A stretch of DNA of 64,000 nucleotides. Source: Iphione sp. A-MEVVRFRX5 (Eukaryota). The position numbers and the translations under genes were made by a program. The stretch covers positions 65,782,001 to 65,846,000 of the forward strand of contig OZ320318.1 in assembly GCA_976226885.1 (NCBI GenBank), in the 5' to 3' direction. Numbering within the stretch: the first letter of the stretch is position 1; the number at the start of each line of letters is the position of its first letter. The notes beneath the pieces were generated by a model that saw nothing but the letters and a program-made list of their open reading frames with translations, searched no databases and was not told where the DNA came from. This document shows positions 51,450 to 64,000 of the stretch, piece by piece.

Positions 51450-52250
51450 TACAAACGAACATCTGGCGGAGATGAGACCAACTGGGCATTCCAAGAAAGT
51501 AGGATGAACCTCGTTGCTTCGCGTACGGATTCTACGTTGTGAGCCCTCGGTAATGGGCAGAAACGGAAAGCGCATTAGGTCAGATAGATAGGGAATCCTT
51601 CGGTGTCCTTTAAGGAGGCAGAGGTGGAGATCGGGTGTGAACTGCTCACTCCCAAGAGTCAGGTCTTGCCTTGCACGGCAAGAACCTTTAGGGACCTCAA
51701 ATAAGCTTTGAAGATAGACCTCAGGCCAGGTACAAGTAAAATAGGTTGAACCATAGACGGCATCAAATATTGGCACTGTAGTGAGGAACATAAATATAGC
51801 GGTGGAGACAGCTGGCCTGCCGGACGCCCCGGTAAGCATGGTTGAAGCCTACCATCAGTCATGTAAGGAAAATACCAGACACTGATCGCGTTCAAAAAAA
51901 GGCAAGGACATGCATGCCGCAGGGTGAGCTGGACTCCTTAAAAGACCACGACCAAGAGGAGCACGTAGCTTTTAGAGAAATAACGCCGAAGCTGAATGCT
52001 TCTATTTTGCAGTGACATTCCCGATTTCCGGGGGCAACGAGCATTTCTCTTATGCTTCTCTCATCTATCTTAGGTAAATCGAGCAATAAGGCTGTGTGAA
52101 CAGTGGAGCTGAAAATACATACCAGACCAATCGGGTTGGCAGAGAAGGTAGCCTCCGGAAATAATACAAGTAATTGTAAGCAGTATCCAGAGGGATTGAT
52201 CAGCAATCGTCAGCAAATAATACTGAAGGACAGGGTCCTGTCTATTTCTG
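51450..52250 (-). mobile_element. Decayed CR1-like RT fragment
   Basis: C.SWSWSFKES..C.MHVLAF, Y.TDGRL.., and SMVQPIL.. occur in CR1 order; heavily broken. Confidence 0.3.
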
Positions 52251-55200
52251 TCCCATGTCTTGAAGCCAAATATTCCTACACTTTACTTATTTTTCATAAC
52301 GCTGACATAGGTAAAACAAGTACACAGGAGGCAGAGCCGCTGTATACAGATAGCAGAGACTGAGCACATAGAACACCTGGCTCTTGTGCTGGTGTTATGA
52401 AGGGTAACGGACATCCAGCCTTAAAAGCCGATGTATGCCAAAGAATTTGCAATTTGAGCATTAAATAAATTGACTATGGGTAATTTTTCATTCTCGTCAT
52501 CCAAAAAAATGTGTATTCATTGTAAATGCCACTATTAGTCTACTGGCTGTACATAATTGTCTGTAGATTTACATATCCAGGGCAAATACAGATTAAAAAA
52601 AAACTCTGTAACAGTCATTGGTGCCTCATTATAATATTTATAGGATTTTAGCATTTTCCTGCTTTCGGATAGATTTTCATGATCTGGCGAACTGTTTCTA
52701 ATTTCTATGTTCAAAGAAGGTGGCCGCAGGCACTAATATTTGAGATTTCCACTTTATTAATTGCTACCATCTCAGGTTTTGTCTGAGGCCCCAGTTGTTA
52801 TCGGTGAAGATGCGTTACAAAGCAGGTTTTTAGTGGAACCGTGTCACCTCCAGGGTGGCGACCACAGAATCAAACACAGACGAAGATGCTACTACAGGTA
52901 AAGATGATCTACATGGTCAGGCAAGGCACCAAAAAGACACTTGATAAAACTCGTGATTGTGAAGATAAGCTTACTGCACTGGAGATTATACTAAGCAGAA
53001 GACCCTCTGTGCATCAGCAAAACGCATTTGCTCTGCTACGATATTGAACGTAGATTAACCAATGGAATAGCATGTCAAATGAAACCAGCAGTTGCACAAT
53101 AAAGATATTAACAGCTGTTGTCTAAGTTGTCGGTCGCTGCTCAGTTGTTCAACAGCTACTGAGTCAAAGGGGTTATCGAATCATAGATGGGAAACTGATG
53201 CTCTAATCGCTACTTTAAAACTAGTACAAAGTAGAGATTTAAACTATTGAAAGGCATACACACGATACCAGCGTGTACGTGAAAGATGTCTACAAATATG
53301 TCTTTTTACAGATTTACACTTACGAACAACTTTTTATGTGTCTATGTACACGGTGTATATACTGTTATATCTCTTTCATGAAGTTGGTGAGCAGTCATTC
53401 GTTGAGATAATAAGAAAGTGTATCATAAGATTCATTACAATTTAGCTAGTTCATACTAATTAAATACCCTTATTAGTGTAGTGTTCTTACTATCGGAGAC
53501 GATTTTAAACTTAGAGTCATAATAGCCAATTTGGAAAGTTCCAATTATATATGGCTGACGAAAAATATTATCAACACACATGTAATGCCTCGGAGTGGGT
53601 AACAAAAACCAATGCAACTAGAAGATGCTGCGATTAGTCTTAGTCATAGTTGGTTGGAATCAACCAATTTATTATCTCAAATTACTCTCGTTCGGTGTTC
53701 AACCATAATTTGATGGTTTCAGCACTTTGTAAAAGATAATTGCCCACAATAGCAAAATTATCCGTGAACAATTAAGCTTTTTCAAAATGGAAAATGACAC
53801 GAGGCTTATACTAAATATAGACTGTAAATCCTGGTTGTAACAAGCAATTTTCCAGAGAGTGGCTGCCAATAATTTACCAAATCACCAAGCCATGGTTTCA
53901 GCACGTAAACCGGAGACTGTTCTTGACACTGATAATGCAATGTCAGCAGCTTTGTTCCCATTGGGAGTCGACTTTCAAAGCAAGTCCTGATTGGTAAAGC
54001 GGACCGGTGTCGCAGCGGAGAACGTTTCCTTTAAAAAAAATTTTTCTACGCCACTCTTCCTGAAAGCTCCCTCTCCTTAATGAATTAGGAGCGATTTTTA
54101 GTTTTAATCTGTTAAACACTGCCTCATAGGTTTATAAAGCGGTAACAAGCTGAATGATATTCCTTTTGGGGGTTATTTCTCAATTTTTCTAGCCGTTACA
54201 GTCATTCTTTAGTTCAATATGGTCTCCTATCCACTTGAAAATTTCCATTGATGAGAGAGAAGGATTTATACTTCTACAATAAGGCCAATAAGAATACATT
54301 TGTACTTCCCACAAAGTCTACAAAAATGGAGTCAACCAAGTAACAAGTATATTATTTCCACCAAGGATTTCCTTTCGAGCGCTGTGTGAGGCTATCTATG
54401 AAAGTGAAAATTCATCTTAAGACTTCGGGACCACAGCTGCCAGGAGGTCAGAGAAGAGACAGCACTAAAGAGTTTTATTATTAAATTGGGACCTGCCATT
54501 AAGACTATTGAAGTCTTTCTTGGCCGATTTCGTGTGGCTCCCGGCCGGGCCGTCAAAATTTATGAACATGACGAGATCCCTCGACTGGTTTTCCTGGTGC
54601 CCTACTTCGTTATTTACACCATTGTTTAATCTTGCCCTTCGCCAATGCCTCGGGGGTAATATGTACTCTTGGGAATGGGTGGGAGAAGGATGTACACAAC
54701 GTCTGCGGACGTATAGGACGTATATTTTGTACGCGATGGCCGCTTGTGATGGCTAAAATACAAGAGAGTTTAAGTGGGATACTGGCACAGTGTTTCTCAC
54801 GCACTCAGTATCTGAATGTTTCTTAAGATAGCCTACAATGTTGTTTAGAATCATATTTTATCTATGACCGTTTTGTGCCTGTAAAAGAGTACCTTGCAAG
54901 AACACTACTTCATAGGTTGTATATTAGACTGTGCTGCAAGAGAGGAAGAAATTCTTGAGCACAATGTTTGGCAAGACTGCCACCAATCAGCACAGAAGGC
55001 CTTTTTTGATCTAGTTTAACGAGACACCACAATCGACATAAGCAAACAAGTGCATAATTATTATAAATGTCTAGTGATATTTTAAAATATTGTGTTGCTC
55101 GATTTATGAACTCCTCTGGGGGATCTCGGGGGTCCTCAGAACTTTACCATTGTTAAAATATATTTGAACCGTCAGCAAATGACAACGACGCTCTCTCTCT

Positions 55201-57393
55201 ATCATTAGCAGGGACAGTGTCATTCTCCTTCATACTTCAAGAACTTTCCAACTTATGAAGAAGCAGACGTGCAAGTAAACCATACACATACTTGAACCAT
55301 ATAATCTTCATGCCTTTTTTCATCATGTCATTCAAGATTTCTGTATATACGTATCTGTACACTTTACATAATAGCCAACTTGTAACTGTGCTACAGCTCT
55401 CAGGTCATGATATCAATAAGCTATTAGTTCTGCACAACGGAATAGGACTATAATCAAATATATTTATCTACGTCCCTCATTTTAGGGTTCATATCACATT
55501 CCATTATACAGATTTAACCTCATCCTGATATCTACCCATATTCCACTCCAATCAGTTCATCCCAGCTAATCAGGAATGATCTAGGTCGGCATGTTTGCAT
55601 ACAGATAAGATTCAATTTAGAGCATGGAACGCCATCGATGACACGCTAACTACACCAGCACAGACTGAGGCCTGACCGGACCATTACCCCACGTATGGTT
55701 GGTGGGACTACTCTACTATCTCGAGGCATTTTAGATACAGGGTTTCTGATTATTAATACTTGGCCGACAAAGCATACTTCATGCGTATTTTTGTCTACTA
55801 TGATTCATTAATAACGAGTTAACATTTGAAAATAAAGAAGCCTAACATAGCAATGGAAGAGGATGGACTGGTAAGACAGTGGGCGACACTATAGGGAAAG
55901 AGGAGAAATAGGCCCACAGGAAAGTAATTTTGGTCTGCAGCCAGCTACGTACTCCAGCAGAAACCGGCCCCGCACCGATCATCTCCCACAAATATTATTG
56001 CACTTTTGTGCATACACCTAGATGATGACTTCTTTCCCTCTGACTGCTTGGGTATAGCCTTCATAATAGCGCCTCAAAGCATTGTTCAGTGGGTTGATAC
56101 ATTGGTACTGTAGGCACGAAACTATTTGCTGCAACAATCTAACGTTTCGTAGAGCAGCATGATCAATGCCTAATTGCTACTTCCCCTCAATTGCTGCATA
56201 GCTATACTCTTTCTGAAATGGAAGAGAAAAATATACATGCAGCAGACGCAGTCTGAAATACTGAGAGCCACTAGTCTGCGTTTATATATATGCTGCCTTC
56301 ACGACTTTTAAATATTTGTTCGATGTTAATATAACTAATTTTACCTTCTGTCAGCTAGACTGACTTGTCAACTATACGGATTATTCGTTGTAAAGTAAAA
56401 TCTCCGCAAATATATATAAGAAGGATCAATACGCGCATAGGACCCTCTAGATAGGCACAGTGGCTTGTGTTGGAAGCTGACTGGTCTGTCTCAATCTACG
56501 ACACAGGCCCCACTCAGGCAGTCAGCGCTAAAGGGAAGAGATGTTGGTGATTCGAAGCCGCGGGCGAGGACCAGTAAGCAGGTCAAAGATGACAGGGTCA
56601 GCATGACATGGGCGGGACTGGGTTCATCGAACGTACACGGGAAGAGTGGCCCATGGGGCACCCATCCTGCTGCGTTGGAGAGTGTGTCTAGTGTTTGAAA
56701 CAAGGAACAGAGCAAAGGGCAAGTTTTGCTGGTGCAAAGGAATATAACGGAGTAAGAGATGTGACGTTTTCTCTGATAAGAGCCATTAAAGACCATAGAA
56801 CATAGATAAACAACTGTCATCAGCACAGTGTGTCCATCTAAAGTCCCACACTCAAAAACAGTTGCCCTGTTGAGATGATGTAAATATTTAAAGTTGTTTC
56901 AATTCAACTTGTATAGTATGCAGAAGGTAGCTTACCAAAGTGTGAAGGACCATTGCGAAGCATTAGTGACAAAAGATGCTGTCGTGGCACAGCTTACTTG
57001 GTATGTAGAGGAGTTCCTAATTTCTGTACAGTGTACAATCCTTTGAGTGTTTTATCCGAAAATAAGTCACTCCTCAGGTGGGATGGATTTCTGATTGACA
57101 CATCTAATTCTAGTTCACCATTAGGCTGGCTTATTCAGATACAATATTATTCATAAGAATGTTACTGTTAGCATAATCTGTCAAAATATCTCGATCGTCG
57201 CATCCTTTTACCTTTATCTGACACATTTATAATAACTGTACACTGGTGCAGCCTGCACTCTGGTCAGGCAGCTGTTCCTGGTTTTAATCTGTCAACTAGT
57301 GGCCGTCATCCTAATTGGTAAGCAGCTCTCGTCCGTTCAGCTCTTCTTCATGTCCGAGCCCCTGGCACCCGATGTGTCTCCCTTAATGAACGG

Positions 57394-57720
57394 CTAATAA
57401 ACAGGATGCCCTTTAAGTTCGTTTTCTTCCGTCCGCTGGGATTCTGGCATCACCTTACTAAATATCATTCGCAAACTTTCCCTTGAACAGATGTCAGTTT
57501 GCCACGATGCATATCGTCTGCCAGGCCCCGTGCCACTTTTGTATATACTTCTCACAGTACTCGTGTCTAGGGGAAGGACGTGGTGATTATTATTGTTTCT
57601 TTTGTTGACAAGAATACCTGATTGATTTATTGTTGAGCAGCTGCCGACAGGGCTAATTTTAGCCAGTGGATATTGTTCTACAAGAATAATGTATGGCCTT
57701 GGCTGTTTTCCTCGTATGTC
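57394..57720 (-). mobile_element. Decayed CR1/L2-group LINE RT C-terminal fragment
   Basis: QSGILV, then RSIYKSGTGPGRRYASWQT...RESLRMI resemble LG+.+ and +YKS.+RP.LEYAS.VW...Q.R.LR+I. Confidence 0.45.
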
Positions 57721-60700
57721 CATAGTTTTATATTATGGTTTAAGACATGGTCAGGCTTAGTACTTCAGTGTTCATTTTTATATTATTTTTACGTGGTAGC
57801 GTCACATAGGTCGAGGTCAACGGGTCCTTTTTGGTGACCTTTGTTTTGACATATCTATCTAGTTGCATGTTGATACAGTTAATTTTCCGCCTAAGGGGTG
57901 ATGTTTCGTAAAAAAAACCTTACACTACTGCTATTGGTGTTAAATGTATAAACGCCTTGCTTTCATATTATACTGCGAACTCGGTAAGTGCCATTCGCAG
58001 CCTGTACAATTAAATAGAATATATCGCACTGAATTCCTTTAACCCTCTTTAGAGCACTAGCAGGGGATGTTTTCTTCTTCTTTCGAGAATGCCAGAATTA
58101 CACACATTCCTTGCGTACCTGTGCCGTTATTTTTGCACCACGCTTGCTCACCGCAACGTGGCGACAGCGCAAAAGTGAACTAAAAATACACTGCAGTAAT
58201 ACTGGAATATGCACTGCACTTAAGCACGCAATTCTCATTATGCGCTTATACCCTAGTTTGAAAGAGTCGCACTATTCGTCTCTTCAGTGTCGGTTCCGAA
58301 GTACGGCATGTTGGTAAGAACAGATATAAAATTCGTTTCCGATTAACTAAGCAGGTGGGGCTTTGCTGTTCGGTAAGATGTTAAACGTAGAAGCTGTTGT
58401 GTCCCCTGCTAGACTACATGAAAGCTCTGTTAGGTTAGAGGTGAACACGGGTCCAAGTGTATCGATTCGCGCCTCAGAACCTTTAGCCTTCGTAGTTTCT
58501 CTTCAAACAAGGTTAAACTTGAGCAGGGTCTTTACGCTATCGACCTTTTGCCGTAGCATCCTGTGGCGGCCTGAACGCCTGGGGGCGAAGTAGCATAGTC
58601 TTGTCTACCCATTAACTGGACGTCATAAACGGAAGCGGACAGGTGTGTTTGTTTGGGATTACTCCCCCTTTTAGAAGGACTGCTTGAGTGTTGTTGTTAC
58701 CAAGTCTCCTTTGTCGTAGGTCAGTCAATTCAGTTTAACAGGTCAGAACATCGGACAATTATAAAAGTTAGTTTCCCTACTATCTCATTCCTATTGCAAA
58801 TAAAATTTTTATATGAAGCAGTGCGATTCTCTGGGTAATCGATCGCAATTTATAATCATCAATCAGACTGTATGCTTACTGTAGTCTAGGAATTGTCATT
58901 TATAACCCCACGGACAGGCTCTACCCTTCTGGAGGCATGATTAATATTTCAAGACGACATAGACGGAAATGACACTTGTACCCGACTAGAACAATGGCAG
59001 AGAGAGTTAGGCAAGCAAGATGCGGTAGGAGGCAAGAGCAGCAGACTGACCCAGTTTCTAATAGATCAATTCTGTGAGCTACAAAAGCTACATAGCATCG
59101 GTTCTCAATTATTGCGACCAAGGCCTCCTCATGGGGACTATAAATGCATCCTTCCTCCACTGCAGGAAAGATCGTCGTATGGAGATGCCAATACTCTTTG
59201 ACGTCCCCGTCCCTCGAGCCCAAGTGATGACTATGTCGGCCTTACGATATATGCTCTGACGTCTCCGTTTTCTGTTCTTCAGGTGTCATTGATATGTGCC
59301 ACGCGTACGAGTTCTGATGTTAGCTCTGCAAAGGCTTGGTACATCGGACATGTATAGTCCTGACCTTTGTGGTTGGCATTCTTTGGGTGTGATGACAAAA
59401 TCGAAAAGCAGAGGCTTAGAGAAAATAATCATGTCATCGTATACATGAACTGAATATCGATGATTTATCACGCTGAAAGAAGTAATGGTATTTTTAATAT
59501 CGATACAATATTCTGCTGGCGGTCAAGATTGCATCTTGCGTCGAGTGGACAGCCGTAAAAGGATAAGGTTAAAGTTCTAGAAGCTGTTGAATCACTTATT
59601 CCGTTGTCCTTTTGTAGTAACTAAATCAATACATGAACAGTCCCGAGAAGTGACTCTTTATCCTCTTGCACTAGCCGAACAACAACCCCAACAAAAGGAA
59701 GTTTCTTCACAGAGACCATCATAGGACACTCAGCACACAAAACACGTTTCTATTTGTAGTGGTGGGCGGCGGGGTTGGGGGAGGGAGGACAATGTGTCAT
59801 CATGACAATAGAAAACGTGGGATGAAATAACGACGCTAGTGGATGGGCCCTGTGGGAGGGGAGCTTGGAGAAAAGATTCGAAATAACTCCGCCTTGTTAA
59901 AGGATTGATCCGTCCGATTCGGCGAGGGAATAAATAAAAGGAGGCGCCTGCCTAGCGATGGAATCACCACTGGAGGCTGGCAAGTGACAAAGGCAGCAAG
60001 GCTCATTAGTTAAAACAAGGTCCATAATTAAGGGGGGCATGTTCGGCGAGATGAGCGACTTGTCAGCATCGGCCTCATCAACGTTGGGTTCTGGGAAGAG
60101 TTGCTCCCTACGAAGAGTAGCTCGCATAGTTCATAAAGGCCCACAAGCCCAGACAAAAGCTCGGCGCCTTCAGCACTCTGCTGCAAAGATATGATTAAGC
60201 TGGGAATAGGATCAATAGGGTGTGTATAATGTCGCCCTCGGAAAGTTCAACAAAGACTGTTTTCCTTTCCTGTGTCGGCAATTTTCATCCATTCGGATGC
60301 TTGCTTTAAACGAGCAAAAAGATGAAATTGAAATCAGTGCCAATTTACTCACGAAATCCAGTTGTTTCTTTATCTCTGGGTGAAACCAAACATTCATTTT
60401 TGATGGAAGCATTTCAATCAATGAATAAAATTCGTACTTGACAGCAGGTAAGGACCTAATCAATACGACTGCCTGGAATGGTGAACCTGCAGGTTCCTGG
60501 TTCCTCCAAGACAGTATAAGAATTGATGGTTTTTCGTACATTCGTATTTAGACAACGAGGACGTCGATTGCCCGCCCAATTGCCCTACACTGTCGCCATC
60601 CTTCCTGCCCTACTTTTCACTTTGATGCGAAAGTTTACCGATATACGATGGTTCATATGCAGAGCAGTGTATACATCTGTAAAGGTTCATCCTCCGAGCA

Positions 60701-63700
60701 TGAAGTAGAAATCATTAAAAAGGCAGACTGGTGACAGCTTTTATGGCTTCTTCAGGATCACGTTACTCATGTAATTTCCTCTAATGGGCCGGTAGTTGTC
60801 ATGGGTGTGTTTTCCTTGGCCTCGATGGACGATTACTGACATTACCGTCCTATCCTTTAAAGCCTTCGGACATGGCACTCACACCTGACTCGATGGGCCT
60901 CCACCAGTTCAGCCCAGGTGTAGGGTAAACCATTCTACGCGTAATCAATCGATGCTACAGCGCCTCAGATGGTGCTAATCCCGGGGTCGATGACTGGCGT
61001 CGATTGGCAGCAGGATTATGGAGACTCCCCCCTCCGGCAGGTGGCGCCCCTAGTTTCCGTCACATCCCCCGTGGACGTAGAAGACTGAAAAGCGTTGTTT
61101 GGAAGAGGGCGTCGATATTTACATTTATCTTTGTAAAAGCTGCTTGCATTGTAATTGCTTTATACCTGACGTCTTACAGTCATAATATGTTAAATACACC
61201 AATGTACCAATGTCTCTTACCAGGCTCTTACATGGATTTTTCTCCCGTCATGTTCTTCCCCATTGTTCAGTTTTGGGGATTGTCGTTTAGTCATAATACT
61301 TAGAACGGAACTTCATCATAAGAGTGTTTTTCATGTTCAGTCCGGAGCTCATGTTGATGTATTTCCTACCGCATCTAATGGGCATCACCATGTTGCAAGT
61401 AATGTGCTTAAAGTGCCCATTTCTTCCATCATGTTCGTCTTTATTGTTCTCCTGGGGTATTTTTTTTTTATAATTTTCATACTTGGAACTTAACTTTAGC
61501 ATTACTGTGAAGGAAACTTTTTCATATTTCCCATGAGAGGTTCAAATGCCCGTCCAGATATTACGGGAGCTCTTAATACAAGCTTGTAATCGTAATGTGG
61601 CCTCCTGGAGATAGCCCGTATCATCTTACAGGGTATAGCCTTTTATTATGCTTTCAGTGGCTGCTAGCATAGGAATCAGGCGGTTCATTGCCTGTAAATA
61701 GCGGACCGATCAATCCTCTCAGCCGCCCTATCGGTCTATTACTTCATATTAAGAGATAATTCAGCGTTGATTATACATCAATATATAAATGATGGACATC
61801 ATGACATGTTTTTGTTGGCAAGAGGGTCAGCATTGCAACTGTGGTTATGGATTTATACAAAGCAGCTTACTATGATCCCGCATATGCACACTTACATGGG
61901 CCATTATAGATGTTGTAAACATTGCATTCCCTCACATAACTGATAGGGAATTGGGTCCATTGTCCATTTGTCGTTTCCCCGTGTAGTCAAAAAGAAAATT
62001 GTAGTGCACAGGCCTTATTCACCTGCACTTAACTTTCCCAATTCATTTTATAGTCTGCTATGGCAGTTTAACGTTGAGTCTCTAACCTCCTTTCAACTCC
62101 TTTATGAGCGCTAGTTACGTGTTTGTTGCTTGATAAACATTCAATGATCTCAGGAGGCACACAGTGACAATTCATGTTGAAGTTACATAGAATAAACGAA
62201 AAACCGACCATGATTTTGCAGAAACCTAATTTTAACTTGGGTGAATCTTGAATAAGGTCCATTGTAAATTACCTAATTACAACAAGAGTCGATTACTTAC
62301 CACGACCTGGAAAAATACAATGTCTTGATGGAGTAGGGAGAAGAACGGTGTATTTATTAATCGGCAAAGGTAATTCTCTACCCATCCATCAACGGAATTT
62401 CGAAGGTGGTTTTGTCCGGAAGCACATTCACATTTTCTGATGTCCCTTTCGTTCTACGGAAGGGTTTTCGTGGACATTACAAATCTGATGGATTCAGTTG
62501 ACATAGAAGGATACGCTGTATTCAGTATGCAGTATGTAAGACATGGAACAGGGCCTAACACCACTTTAAAGAATCTGTTTTATCAATGACAGTTTGTCGG
62601 CATATTTGCTGACAGTTTCAGATAATAGAAGAGTACCATTTAACAAGAAAGCTAACATGAATTTCATTTGGAATTTCTATTTAAAGGGCGGGCAATCCTG
62701 GGCACTAAAACAACAAAGCGTAAAGGTGAAATAACACAAAGGTCAGGAAACCACGATCTGGGTTTTTACAAACAATATTTGCTCGCGTCCGCTGCCAAAG
62801 TCAGCTAATTCCAGTTATAAATGCTGCCTTGGGGTTAGGTCTTTGTCACTGCTGGGTAGTGTGGTCAGACTTTTTGCCTGTTGTAAACGGACACCTTCTG
62901 AGCAGAGCCGGCTTTGAGCGCGTTTGATTGGAACCGTTTTTGCACCAGGCACCCTCCCTGACGTCTCGGCCCGAAGCCGTTTTAAACCTGCTGTAGCTAT
63001 TTATGTGTACTATACGTACACAACCTACTTTTTCGCTCGTGTAATTGACTTGTTGTGAAAAGCCGTCATTTGAGTACATCTCTGGTGTTGATGAAAATGC
63101 TGCATCAGTTTTGTTTTTGCCTTGTTTTTTTGTTGTTGTCCCACATTCTGAATGGTGACAGGCCGTGCGAAAACACCCCAATCCCCAGCGTGCGCTTCCA
63201 GAGGATACGGTACTGATAGACCTCCAAGTTTTGCTGCAGTTTGAGAAAGATTTCAATTATGTTAGGAACTGCAATCATGTGAAATCCCCATCGTTAAATG
63301 ATAGAATCAATTACTCAAAGTAATCAATGTATTTCGAATTACTCCGACGCAAAGCCGCCGCGTCATGTTACAGTATCGTGTTACCGCCCGCCGTAGGGTT
63401 AAAAAAATCTGTTTTGGAGAGAGGTGGCCTCATGCTAACATAGGCACCGACTATTCACCTCATCCTGTCAAGTCCTCAGGTAGTTTACGGGCTTAACAGG
63501 AGACCTTCAATCTCACAAATAGTACCAGGCGTTCTTTAGTATCCTAGAGAAACGCCAGGCGTGGACCACTCGGACAGGAATTCATGGCCAGTCGTTCTGG
63601 TGTTAACATCGATCAGTGAGGCAGTAAATGGCCTTCAGTTCGGGTTGAAAAGGAGCGAGTCTTTCATGTGGTTTAAAGTGGAGGCTAGCGGCTGTCTTCT

Positions 63701-64000
63701 AGGCGAACTGATTGCTTGCTTCGGTGACAAAGGTAAGAAAACTAGCCCTCTCGACACGACAAATTATGGAGAAAAGAGCATCAATTTATAGTCACTTAAA
63801 CAGAAGGGATGTCATCAGTGTGGATTTATTTGACCACTTTGAAACCTTTTTGTCACTCTCTCATGAACAGAACTCAAAATTCGTCGCCTTTGTCCGAATT
63901 TCTGCCTTTGTCACAGAGTTCCATACTGTTCAAATCACGGATCCACTTTAACACAATGATGGTTTGTTCCTACAACGCTGCATCTTTCATGATGTTGTTG

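Noticed and set aside
60212-60541. Possible LINE linker fragment (NVWFHPEIKKQL)
   Set aside because: A single short motif with no supporting flanking motifs.
1-64000. CRISPR array, ProtoRAG/Transib TIR pair, known conserved miRNAs, rRNA
   Set aside because: No repeat-spacer array was seen. Isolated CACTATG heptamers have no inverted partner or RAG-like ORF. Matches to conserved miRNAs I could recall were seed-length only. No rRNA signature was seen. This was a by-eye check, not an exhaustive search.

Overview
Eukaryotic (metazoan) genomic DNA, not prokaryotic: spliceosomal intron signals, microsatellites, SINE/LINE/DNA-transposon debris, and no operons, rRNA, tRNA genes or CRISPR. Composition and repeat style resemble a lancelet (Branchiostoma)-like invertebrate deuterostome; this is inference only. 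The window is gene-poor. The only plausible host coding sequence is one signal-peptide-bearing first exon at 35475-35659 (+), preceded by a long GC-rich leader and followed by an apparent intron with no convincing second exon in about 28 kb. I cannot name that gene. Recognisable mobile elements: a young 5'-truncated CR1-group LINE (3580-5132) whose empty site can be rebuilt, an intron-containing Crypton-type tyrosine recombinase pseudogene (16238-17857) with a small insertion nested in its intron, a decayed Tigger/pogo transposon (about 19970-22200), a Tc1/mariner-type MITE, two PIF/Harbinger MITEs in tandem, SINEs and several heavily decayed LINE fragments. Family assignments come from hand translation and remembered motifs, not from database searches. 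I found no clear, complete novel biological system. The best leads are the orphan secreted-protein exon (with a possible unspliced short-peptide reading), the spliced Crypton, the LINE-split antisense ORF, and an RNA-type hairpin at 8481-8572.
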